A DNA stretch of 64,000 bases from a virus (IMGVR_UViG_3300010429_001264), one strand, 5' to 3'. Shown: positions 41,692-49,838, counted from the first letter of the stretch. A program made the numbers and translations. The notes: generated by a model not told the origin, from the letters alone.

Positions 41692-41997
41692 ATGAATTTG
41701 ATGAATATAAATATCGGTGACTGGGTTGGAGATCAAGACGCCCTAGATTACTTCTCTTATTATCCTTGCTATGTTTTGGAAAAAAACGAAGAAAAAGGTC
41801 TATATGTATGTGAAGTATTCACGGAGGATTTACACAATAGAAAAAGATGGATAAAGAGTTGGTATGAACTGAACGAAGAAAAACAAAAAGAACATAACAG
41901 AAGATTGGCGAATTCAAAAATAAAAGATAAAGATCTTTATATAAAAAAACTAAATTTTATTTATAGTGAAGATGATCCTTTTGGCGAGGATAATTAA
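41692..41997 (+). CDS. Hypothetical protein (C-terminal DDPFGED)
   Basis: ORF track. Confidence 0.65.
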   Translation: MNLMNINIGDWVGDQDALDYFSYYPCYVLEKNEEKGLYVCEVFTEDLHNRKRWIKSWYELNEEKQKEHNRRLANSKIKDKDLYIKKLNFIYSEDDPFGEDN

Positions 41998-42111
41998 TTT
42001 CAACTTTTGATAAAAGCTCAGATACAAAAATAGTCAATTCTCTTGAAAATTTAAGACCTCTATGGTTGGGGGATAATTGTTCTAGAAAATTCAATAAAAA
42101 ATAAAGCAAAA

Positions 42112-42921
42112 ATGATTTCATGGATTGGAGGAAAAAGCAGGATAAGTAAATTTATTATACCTTTTATACCAAAAGATATAAAAACCTATGTTGAACCATT
42201 TAGTGGGGCAATGTGGGTTTATTTAAAGATGGATTTAAAAGATTATAATGACTTAAAAATAGTTGTATATAATGATTTTAATGATTATTTGACCAACTTA
42301 TTTATGTGTTGTAAAAATCATAAAGAATTTTATGATTTTATTAAAGATGTAAATCCTCAAAATAAAGATTTATTTTATCAATTTCAAGATGATCTTAATA
42401 AACATGAACCTTATGATATGCCAAATTTTGATAAGGCTTTAAAATTTTCATATTTGACTACACAAGTTTTCAGTGGAATATCCCCACTGGAAGGAAAATA
42501 TATCGATTTAAAGGATAAATATAAATCTAAATTTGACACATTTAAAGGCAAATTAATTGATAAAAAATATACAGATAATCTAGATAGAATAACAAATTTT
42601 GAAAATCTTGATTTTGAAGATGTTATAAAAAAATATGATAATGTAGACTCCTTTTACTATGTTGACGCTCCTTATTATAATGTTGGTGAAAAATATTATA
42701 GCAATCAATCTTTTTCATTGAATGATCACGAAAGATTAGCAAACACATTACGAAATATAAAAGGTAGATTCGCCATGTCTTATTATTATTTTGACCTATT
42801 AGAAGAATGGTTTCCAAAAGATGAATATCATTGGGAGTCAAAGGAATTCGCCAAGGCCGCTATGGCGAAGGCTGGAAAAGAACAGACAAAGGGGACCGAG
42901 TTGTTGATAATGAATTATTAA
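42112..42921 (+). CDS. dam: D12-class DNA adenine methyltransferase
   Basis: WIGGKS, YVEPFSGA, YNDFN, YVDAPYY and ELLIMNY motifs. Confidence 0.9.
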   Translation: MISWIGGKSRISKFIIPFIPKDIKTYVEPFSGAMWVYLKMDLKDYNDLKIVVYNDFNDYLTNLFMCCKNHKEFYDFIKDVNPQNKDLFYQFQDDLNKHEPYDMPNFDKALKFSYLTTQVFSGISPLEGKYIDLKDKYKSKFDTFKGKLIDKKYTDNLDRITNFENLDFEDVIKKYDNVDSFYYVDAPYYNVGEKYYSNQSFSLNDHERLANTLRNIKGRFAMSYYYFDLLEEWFPKDEYHWESKEFAKAAMAKAGKEQTKGTELLIMNY

Positions 42922-43322
42922 TGTTCTTCTTCCCAACCCCAATCTTCTTCATTCCAAGGATCTTCTTCTGGGTTGTTTTTTCTTTTTCTTTTTTTACTAT
43001 AAAATATTTCTTCAATAGTATCTACATTAACATCGAAATCTGTTGAATAACGAACAATAATAGTGAAAAAAGCCATATTTGTTTCATTTTTAACCCACAA
43101 CAATTCAATGTCTTTTAGAAATGCGAATTCACTTATTGGATTTCCCATCACCTCATAACCACATTTATCTAAAATGAAAACGGCTCTTTTGAATTCATCG
43201 TCATTTTTAATATTTATTATTGCTCTAGATTTATCATTATCCAAAAAATTTCTTAATTCCTCAATATTATAATCATTTTCAGAATTTTTTTCAAATTGTT
43301 CATATAATTTCACATGTTTCAT
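42918..43322 (-). CDS. Hypothetical protein (CTS-like start, C-terminal DPWNEEDW)
   Basis: Starts MKHVKLYEQF. Confidence 0.75.
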   Translation of the reverse strand: MKHVKLYEQFEKNSENDYNIEELRNFLDNDKSRAIINIKNDDEFKRAVFILDKCGYEVMGNPISEFAFLKDIELLWVKNETNMAFFTIIVRYSTDFDVNVDTIEEIFYSKKRKRKNNPEEDPWNEEDWGWEEEH

Positions 43323-43353
43323 AAGCGATTATATTTTTTATCTATATATAAAA

Positions 43354-44067
43354 TTATTTTTTTATCAATTGATAGACTCCTCTCATATTTAAAATTGTTT
43401 CTGTTATAAAATATTGTTTTAAACTATCCACCATTCCTCCTCCTTGCTTATATATAACGACTTGGTTATCAATTATTCTACTTAGATTTTTAGCAAAATA
43501 TTCTCTGTCTTGTTTGTCTATAAGAGGCTCAAACATATATATCACGTCATAATCTTTTATGTCGTTTTTATGCATTTCTAATATATTTCTTTTCTTAATG
43601 TCTAATTTCATGCATCTTCCTATATTTGTTAGTCTTTCGTTTATTTCATAACCAGAACATATGTAGTTTTTAGGCATCATTTTAAAAATCAAACCTGGGC
43701 CAGATCCAAGATCTAAAAATTTTATTTTTTTATTGTTTTCGAATTTCGATGATACAAATTTTATAATATTTTCTAGTTTATCTGGCTCAGTTAGCCAATA
43801 ATTATATCTCATATCATCACTTGTCTGAATAAGTCTTCTAAGCCCACGAATGGATTTCGACATACAATATAGATTGCTGTTTAAAACATCAAACATCCAA
43901 TCATATTCGTTGTATCTTTTTCTGGAATTAAAAATATATTTAATATTTATGGAAAAATAACAACGAGCTAGATTTATTAAAAAATTTATATAATAAGATT
44001 TTGTGCTATATAATTTTAAGATTTTATGACAATCTTTTATAGTGTCGAACTCCCATCTTATGTTCAT
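43354..44067 (-). CDS. Class I SAM-dependent methyltransferase
   Basis: FLDLGSGPG, GYEIN and YDVIYMFEP motifs. Confidence 0.8.
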   Translation of the reverse strand: MNIRWEFDTIKDCHKILKLYSTKSYYINFLINLARCYFSINIKYIFNSRKRYNEYDWMFDVLNSNLYCMSKSIRGLRRLIQTSDDMRYNYWLTEPDKLENIIKFVSSKFENNKKIKFLDLGSGPGLIFKMMPKNYICSGYEINERLTNIGRCMKLDIKKRNILEMHKNDIKDYDVIYMFEPLIDKQDREYFAKNLSRIIDNQVVIYKQGGGMVDSLKQYFITETILNMRGVYQLIKK

Positions 44068-44378
44068 ACGTCCAGAATATTTATTCTTGGTTTTTTAATA
44101 TCAAAATTATTAACACCATTGTTCCTCACCAAATGGATCTGATGATTGTCTCTACTTATCACCCTTGATGTTTTCGAATATGATTTTTTTTCTTCTTCAA
44201 ATGGATCATCACTCTTCTTATCTTTATCTTTTTTTTCTTTACCGACCATCTTTTCTCTTTCTTTCTTGGCTTTCTCTTCTTGTTTTTTATATTCTTCTTC
44301 GGGTGTTAACTCGCGTTTTTTGAACAAGTCTTTAAGTCCTTCATTTGTAAATTCATTGAATTTTTTTAAATTTTTCAT
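44064..44378 (-). CDS. Hypothetical protein (CTS-like start)
   Basis: Starts MKNLKKFNEFTNE. Confidence 0.7.
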   Translation of the reverse strand: MKNLKKFNEFTNEGLKDLFKKRELTPEEEYKKQEEKAKKEREKMVGKEKKDKDKKSDDPFEEEKKSYSKTSRVISRDNHQIHLVRNNGVNNFDIKKPRINILDV

Positions 44379-44430
44379 AATTTTTTTTTATTTTTTTAAT
44401 ATATATAATTAAAAAAAAGTCATTTTTTTA

Positions 44431-45156
44431 ATGTACAAGCAATTTGAGAAATTTAATCTTTGGAAAAAAATTAAGGATAAGGTTGTTTATATCGAGCCCA
44501 ATAGTATTTATGATTTTTCAAAGGATTATATAGACAAAATAGCCGAAAAGGTATCAAAGGAATTGGGGTTTAGATATTCTCATTTTGTGGGAATGGGCGA
44601 TTATGGCATAGCTTATGATGTTGGTAATGAAAAAGTATTAAAAATAACAACAGATAAAAACGAATATGAAATATCAAATTATCTGAGAACAAAAAACACA
44701 ACATATCTTATTGATATATATGATGTTAGAAAAATTGGAGAAACTGGATTGTATTCAATAGTTATGGACAAAGTTGAAAAATTGACATCGTTTGAAAAAA
44801 TATTTTTGGATAAATTAAATGGTTTTTTATACAATAAAAAAATGAATATACTAGATATTTTCTCCACATATGATAATGAAGATAAAATGAGATACTTTTT
44901 GGTGAATGAAATAAGTGATAAACCCGAGCCGTCTTATTCAGCTAATTTTAGTGTTTTATTAAAATTAATATCAGATCTTGTTTATATAAAATTAGAAGCA
45001 AGAAAATATAAAATAATTTGTTGTGACTTGCGAGCAGCCAATGTTGGATGGAAAAATAATGACAGTATAGGAAAACATCTCGTTTTCTTTGATATAGGAA
45101 GTTATGGAGAAAAGAATTTTAAAACTACAAAGAAAAGATTAAAAGATATATCTTAA
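44431..45156 (+). CDS. Protein kinase-like protein
   Basis: GMGDYGIAY, VLKIT, DLRAANVG and FFDIG motifs. Confidence 0.8.
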   Translation: MYKQFEKFNLWKKIKDKVVYIEPNSIYDFSKDYIDKIAEKVSKELGFRYSHFVGMGDYGIAYDVGNEKVLKITTDKNEYEISNYLRTKNTTYLIDIYDVRKIGETGLYSIVMDKVEKLTSFEKIFLDKLNGFLYNKKMNILDIFSTYDNEDKMRYFLVNEISDKPEPSYSANFSVLLKLISDLVYIKLEARKYKIICCDLRAANVGWKNNDSIGKHLVFFDIGSYGEKNFKTTKKRLKDIS

Positions 45157-45173
45157 ATATCAAATTTTATCAT

Positions 45174-45263
45174 TGGCGGAGGGCAATGTTGCCGCCACAT
45201 ATCCTTTTAAGGGGACCGACAATTTAGCAGATTGCGACTATCAACTGGATAGTTTTACCCTCC
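45174..45263 (-). tRNA. tRNA-Ser(GCT)
   Basis: Acceptor GGAGGGT/GCCCTCC-GCCA; loop CTGCTAA; long variable arm. Confidence 0.85.
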
Positions 45264-45385
45264 ATTAATTTTTATTTTAATTTCTGATTTCTTTTTATAA
45301 TTGTAATTTTTTTTACATTTTTTACAACAACCCATTTTATTTATTAATACTATTATGTGAACTTTTTCCATATTTACAATAATCG

Positions 45386-45472
45386 AGGAAGATTACGGTA
45401 CCGACCCGTATACGACTTTCATCGTATCTACTGATTTCCAATCAGAGGAAGCGCCTCACTTCTCAATCTTCC
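45386..45472 (-). tRNA. tRNA-Ser(GGA)
   Basis: Acceptor GGAAGAT/ATCTTCC; loop TTGGAAA; long variable arm. Confidence 0.85.
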
Positions 45473-45592
45473 ACATTAACAAGTGCCCGCCGGCACTTGG
45501 ATGGTTGCTGACATTCTTTTGTTTTACTTAACTAATAGTGCGCGTTACACCTAGTTTTTCATCCTCAAAGCGGGATACCATCATCACTGTAG

Positions 45593-45663
45593 CAGGCCTA
45601 CCCCGGATCGAACAGGGATCTAGAGATTTGGAGTCACTCGTGTTACCATTACACTATAGACCT
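45593..45663 (-). tRNA. tRNA-Trp(CCA)
   Basis: AGGTCTA/TAGGCCT-G; loop CTCCAAA; T loop TTCGATC. Confidence 0.9.
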
Positions 45664-45666
45664 ATT

Positions 45667-45756
45667 TGGCGGCGAATATAGGAGTCTAACCTATACATCG
45701 GATTCTCACCGACTTCACAATTTTCGAAATTGCTAACCACGACAATGGGATTCGCC
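45667..45756 (-). tRNA. tRNA-Ser(CGA)
   Basis: GGCGAAT/ATTCGCC-GCCA; loop TTCGAAA; long variable arm. Confidence 0.85.
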
Positions 45757-45761
45757 AATTT

Positions 45762-45825
45762 CGGAATACTTTTTGGATTCGACAATTTTCAGTTGTAAAT
45801 TTTTTCTTTTTGCTGTTTGTATTCC
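45762..45825 (-). ncRNA. ACAGCAA-motif small RNA, copy 1 (inside tRNA array)
   Basis: GGAATAC-AAACAGCAA...ACAA-CTGAAAA-TTGT...CCAAAAA-GTATTCC. Confidence 0.7.
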
Positions 45826-45830
45826 TCTCG

Positions 45831-45920
45831 CGGTAAAATGAGGTCCCGACCCCCAATCGTTTTCTAGACGATCCTGCTGTTTTCAAGACAGAGCTGACAA
45901 CCCCGGTCAGTTAATTTACC
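45831..45920 (-). tRNA. tRNA-Ser(TGA)
   Basis: GGTAAA/TTTACC-G; loop CTTGAAA; long variable arm. Confidence 0.85.
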
Positions 45921-45949
45921 AATATTTAAAAAGAAAGATTTTTTTCATG

Positions 45950-46022
45950 TGGGCCCGGAGGTATTCGAAACCTCATAGCATTGATTAAGAGTCAATTTCA
46001 TTACCAATTATGATACGAACCC
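45950..46022 (-). tRNA. tRNA-Lys(CTT)
   Basis: GGGTTCG/CGGGCCC-A; loop CTCTTAA; T loop TTCGAAT. Confidence 0.92.
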
Positions 46023-46028
46023 ATTTTG

Positions 46029-46101
46029 TGACTCCGAGGGACCACGATTCCCTAACCCCTTGATTAAAAGTCAAGTGCTCTACCAATTGAGCTACGAAGT
46101 C
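46029..46101 (-). tRNA. tRNA-Lys(TTT)
   Basis: GACTTCG/CGGAGTC-A; canonical D arm; loop CTTTTAA. Confidence 0.9.
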
Positions 46102-46108
46102 ATTTTTG

Positions 46109-46190
46109 CTGGTATAGTAAGATTCGAACTTACAGCCACGCTCACGCATTACCGGGTTGGAACCGGCTGGTCACGCCAATGAGTATACCA
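46109..46190 (-). tRNA. Atypical long-variable-arm tRNA with CCA anticodon
   Basis: TGGTATA/TATACCA-G; GCCGG-TTCCAAC-CCGGT; extra arm ATGC-GTGA-GCGT; T loop TTCGAAT. Confidence 0.75.
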
Positions 46191-46200
46191 ATTTTTTTTG

Positions 46201-46272
46201 TGACCCCACTCAGATTCGAACTGAGACAACTACTTTAAAAGAGTAGGATTCTACCATTGAAATTATGAAGTC
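46201..46272 (-). tRNA. tRNA-Lys(TTT), second copy
   Basis: GACTTCA/TGGGGTC-A; CTACT-CTTTTAA-AGTAG. Confidence 0.9.
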
Positions 46273-46304
46273 ATTTTTTTTTGTGGGTTCTTTCAGTCTC
46301 TTTG

Positions 46305-46377
46305 TGGGTCTCTTTGGTTACGCTCCAAACTCTTCAGTTCTTCAAACTGACGCTTTCACTAGATTAGCTTGAGATCC
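46305..46377 (-). tRNA. tRNA-Phe(GAA)
   Basis: GGATCTC/GAGACCC-A; TCAGT-TTGAAGA-ACTGA. Confidence 0.85.
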
Positions 46378-46382
46378 TTTTG

Positions 46383-46454
46383 GGAGTTTAATCAGAATCG
46401 AACTGATAACTTATCGGCCACAACGATAAATTTTTCCATTAAACTATAAACTCC
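46383..46454 (-). tRNA. tRNA-His(GTG)
   Basis: G-1:C73 pair; TATCG-TTGTGGC-CGATA; T loop TTCGATT. Confidence 0.9.
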
Positions 46455-46467
46455 ATATAAAATTTAC

Positions 46468-46550
46468 GGGGAAGTTTGGAATTGAACCAAAAATATATTG
46501 CATATTCATCAAAAAACAGAATACCATCTCACCTAAGAGATAATCTTCCC
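46468..46550 (-). ncRNA. tRNA-like RNA without a normal anticodon loop
   Basis: GGGAAG/CTTCCC acceptor; ATCTC/GAGAT D-like arm; T arm TTTGG-TTCAATT-CCAAA; 11-nt U-rich loop in the anticodon position. Confidence 0.55.
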
Positions 46551-46890
46551 TATAATATTCAGCCAACCATTAACAAAATAAATCTCATAAATTACCAATT
46601 CATTTTTCTGCCCATTACCCATCCTTTTTTAATGTCTAAATTATTTGTGATATGACAACCTATATATTTTTTATTATTTATCTTATTGGTTATTTCATAA
46701 ATTATATAATATTTCATATTTCTTTTTTTATTCTATATATAAAATAAAAAAGTTCGATTTTGGTTCAATATGGATTACAGAAAAAAAAAACAGAAAGTTA
46801 TTAATTTCAACAGCGAGCATCCTCCTTTACGTCGAGCCTACCAATTTCGCCACTAAAGAAAACATATCATCGTTTAAATATTCATTACAA

Positions 46891-46903
46891 CATGTCAAAG
46901 AAC
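46891..46903 (-). promoter_or_regulatory. boxA-like antitermination element 2
   Basis: GTTCTTTGACATG. Confidence 0.55.
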
Positions 46904-47210
46904 AAAAATATTGAACAAAAATAAGTAACAGCTCTCCTCTTCTTTCATAGATTTTATCATATAGAATCCTCGGTGTTTGTATCGAGTTAGTCTATACCCC
47001 AAACTTATTTGTTTGGATGCCAGTATCATTCAATTTTATTTGACTTCTTTCCGGCCCCCGTCTCTTTACGTACACGGTTACTGCCTTTATCACAGTTTTT
47101 CATCTGTGATCGGTACTTTACGTCGAATTTTTTAGGTCGTCCTATATCGGGATCGAACCAATAATAGGGTTTAAAAAGTTTAACAATTTCCCAACTATTT
47201 TTATTCAACA

Positions 47211-47221
47211 TTTCAAAGAAC
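47211..47221 (-). promoter_or_regulatory. boxA-like antitermination element 1
   Basis: GTTCTTTGAAA immediately downstream of the attenuator terminator. Confidence 0.6.
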
Positions 47222-47225
47222 TTAC

Positions 47226-47262
47226 AAAAAAAAATCCGAACTTTTTTTAGCTCGGATTTTTT
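47226..47262 (-). terminator. Attenuator terminator upstream of tRNA array
   Basis: AAAAAATCCGAGC-TAAAAAAA-GTTCGGATTTTTTTTT. Confidence 0.85.
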
Positions 47263-47293
47263 CTGTGAAGGAGGTATATATTAATATGATCTC

Positions 47294-47377
47294 TTAAAAG
47301 ACACAGACATCCCGAGCCGTTGGTTTTGATGACCAAAAACTGGAAAAATGTTTACTATGTTTCTTAAAAGTTCTCAT
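47294..47377 (-). CDS. Putative attenuator leader peptide MRTFKKHSKHFSSFWSSKPTARDVCVF
   Basis: Manual translation; codons 4-18 are only F/K/H/S/W; the 3' part is complementary to the terminator 5' arm. Confidence 0.8.
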   Translation of the reverse strand: MRTFKKHSKHFSSFWSSKPTARDVCVF

Positions 47378-47438
47378 TGTTTTATTATATATTATGGAAA
47401 AAATATCATTTTTTTCCATTTTTGTTTCATTTATACGA

Positions 47439-47446
47439 CAAAATTA
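47439..47446 (-). promoter_or_regulatory. Bacteroidota-type -7 element (TAATTTTG) upstream of leader/tRNA operon
   Basis: Matches TAnnTTTG; a TAATATATA element also lies at about 47386-47394. Confidence 0.6.
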
Positions 47447-47484
47447 TAAAAAAGTTTGAAAATAAAAAAATAAATTTAATTTTT

Positions 47485-47697
47485 TTATATTTTTTTATCA
47501 TCAATTTTATTCAATTTTGCTGTTTTATACGTGATTTTAGTTCTTGCTGTTCCATAAAATCCCAATTTCTGATTAAATTGACATGTCAATAATCCTTGAA
47601 TTGTTTTCGATGTCGTTCCGCCGAATCCTACCCCAACTCCTTGAGAAAAACAAGTGCTAGATAATGCTAAGAATAAAAGAATGAATATTTTTTTCAT
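47485..47697 (-). CDS. Small secreted protein (possibly truncated)
   Basis: Signal peptide MKKIFILLFLALSSTCFSQ. Confidence 0.55.
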   Translation of the reverse strand: MKKIFILLFLALSSTCFSQGVGVGFGGTTSKTIQGLLTCQFNQKLGFYGTARTKITYKTAKLNKIDDKKI

Positions 47698-47793
47698 TTT
47701 TTTTTGTTTTAAGTGACAAAATTATAAAAAAGTTTTAAAATAAAAAAATATTTTTGTTCTTTTAACTCTATATATTATTCCTTTATTTTCTAG

Positions 47794-48048
47794 TTATATT
47801 TTTTCTATTATAATTCTATACATATGATCTCCTCGTTCATAACCCGTCCGATCTTTTATCTTGTCACCGAGATTTACACAAAAAAGTAATGATTTCTTAT
47901 TTTTCCCAACCATGACCGGTGAACATTTAGATAAATTCTCACTTTTATATATTTCATGCAAACTTTCTGTGAGATCACAATGTTCTTCACTAAATTCAAT
48001 GTTTTCTTTTTTAAATGTTGACTCATCTATATATTCAAATTCTTTCAT
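47794..48048 (-). CDS. Hypothetical protein
   Basis: ORF track. Confidence 0.6.
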   Translation of the reverse strand: MKEFEYIDESTFKKENIEFSEEHCDLTESLHEIYKSENLSKCSPVMVGKNKKSLLFCVNLGDKIKDRTGYERGDHMYRIIIEKI

Positions 48049-48068
48049 AATCTATATTGTTATTTTTT

Positions 48069-48554
48069 TTACCAATTCTTATATGGGTTTTTAACTAGAT
48101 TGCAGTTATAATATTTATCTATTCCTGTCACTTCTTCTGTAATAAATTTTGGTTTATGAAAAGACTCATTTTCATCATTCAATTCTATTTCAGCAATGAT
48201 AAGCCCATCATTATCGCCATCAAAAACATCTATTTCCCACACATGTTTTAAATCGCTTGTGCTGACATATCTATATCTAGTTTTAGATATTTTTTCTTGA
48301 CAAAACTCTAATAACTCTATAGCATCTTTTATTGGTATCTTATATTCATATTCCTTTCTAGATATACTACCTTTACCTTTTATTGTAATATATCCAAAGA
48401 GATCAGTTACCCTAATTCTCACTACTTTTTCTGGATCATCGAATAAATATCCTTGTTGTATCCTAAAAGAATGGCAATTCTCTTTTATTTTTAAAAAAAG
48501 ATTGTCATCAACAAGAAATTTTCTTTCTATTTCAATATTGCTGTTAGATTTCAT
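48069..48554 (-). CDS. CYTH domain protein
   Basis: EIERKFL, VRIR, EYEY, KTRY, WEIDVF and AEIEL motifs. Confidence 0.93.
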   Translation of the reverse strand: MKSNSNIEIERKFLVDDNLFLKIKENCHSFRIQQGYLFDDPEKVVRIRVTDLFGYITIKGKGSISRKEYEYKIPIKDAIELLEFCQEKISKTRYRYVSTSDLKHVWEIDVFDGDNDGLIIAEIELNDENESFHKPKFITEEVTGIDKYYNCNLVKNPYKNW

Positions 48555-48610
48555 ATTAATAATTATAATTACAAATTTAAAAAAAGTTTTACAATTAAAA
48601 AAATTAATAA

Positions 48611-49060
48611 TTAATCAGAAGTGTCATATTGATATAGTTTATTCTTCTTTATTATCGCCGAGACTCTACTTGCCCAGGCGCTAGACTGAGAATATCCACT
48701 TCTCTGTATCGCTTTTACCCATAAATTATAATCTTTATTACCCTTTAATGAATAGTAGAACTTTTTATTAGAAATAAATTCACAAAAATGATTAAAAGAT
48801 GCTGTGTCTGACACATATCCTCTATAATATTTACCTTTCTTTATTCCAAAATAATTATTTTTGTTCTTGCTCAAATAACTAGTTCCGTATCCAGTTTCAT
48901 GCGCTGATATACCAAGAATAATACTTGCTGGTATATCTGTTTTATTCATTAACTCTATTGACAAGTCTTTGTATTTTTCTATGTAGTTTTGTGTAGATTT
49001 TTGAGCGAATAACGATAAAGATAGTAGTGCCATTAGCACTATTAAGATTATTTTCTTCAA
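48611..49060 (-). CDS. GH73 glucosaminidase with signal peptide
   Basis: IPASII..AHETGYG..NNYFGIK...GYS motifs. Confidence 0.88.
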   Translation of the reverse strand: MKKIILIVLMALLSLSLFAQKSTQNYIEKYKDLSIELMNKTDIPASIILGISAHETGYGTSYLSKNKNNYFGIKKGKYYRGYVSDTASFNHFCEFISNKKFYYSLKGNKDYNLWVKAIQRSGYSQSSAWASRVSAIIKKNKLYQYDTSD

Positions 49061-49332
49061 ATTTCATTTAATTTGTTTTTGATTTTTAAACACCAACTAA
49101 TAAAAAGATCAGCGCCGTCACATTGTTTAAAAATTAAAAGTGGAAAAGAGAGTCCACTAAAATCGTCACATTCTTATATATTAAAAAATAATATTAGTTT
49201 TTTTTAATATATACTATTATGATACAAGAATTTGAATTATTTGAAAATCAACGCAAAAGGCTCTCAAATAATCATCTCGAAGAGATGATAAGCTTTTTTT
49301 TATTTCATTGTCTGTTTTCTTATTGTTTGTTT

Positions 49333-49620
49333 TCATTTTAAATAAGTATATTCCAAAATTTTTGGATCTAATGTGTTACCTATTGGTTCAACAATAGATA
49401 AATCAGAAGTAGTTTGACCGTATATAACCTTTATTAAACCGGGTATCCCCCAATGTTCAAATGTTATTTCATACAAATCACCAAAAAAACATGATTCATT
49501 ATTATAAATTGTGTGAGTAACTTCTATCACATATTTTTTCGTTGTTATGAAAGATTGTTGTAATTCGATCAAAAAAAGTTTTGTTCCACTTGGAATTATG
49601 TATTTATCTCCGATTTTCAT
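49333..49620 (-). CDS. Hypothetical protein
   Basis: ORF track. Confidence 0.6.
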   Translation of the reverse strand: MKIGDKYIIPSGTKLFLIELQQSFITTKKYVIEVTHTIYNNESCFFGDLYEITFEHWGIPGLIKVIYGQTTSDLSIVEPIGNTLDPKILEYTYLK

Positions 49621-49838
49621 TTTATTTCCTTTTTGTTTAGTATCTTATTTTTTTATCAAAATCAAGCCCAAATGAATCCCTATCCAATAAGTTCTTCTTT
49701 CTTGAAATTTTTATCTATATGACTATCAATATCTTCCAATTTTCTAGATTGTTTGCTCGAAAGCCTTTTGGTTTTCTTATTACCAACTCTACCTCTTTGA
49801 TTTGGGGTCGATATTTCATTGAAACTTCTGCTCATTTT

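Noticed and set aside
45686-45886. 66-aa ORF in track
   Set aside because: Overlaps two tRNA-Ser genes and the ACAGCAA element.
46800-47170. tmRNA or RNase P RNA
   Set aside because: No tmRNA acceptor ends or tag frame, and no RNase P conserved GAGGAAAGTCC core could be identified.
47026-47211. 61-aa ORF in track
   Set aside because: Lies over boxA-proximal structured RNA with a T-arm and has no recognisable protein features; not fully excluded.
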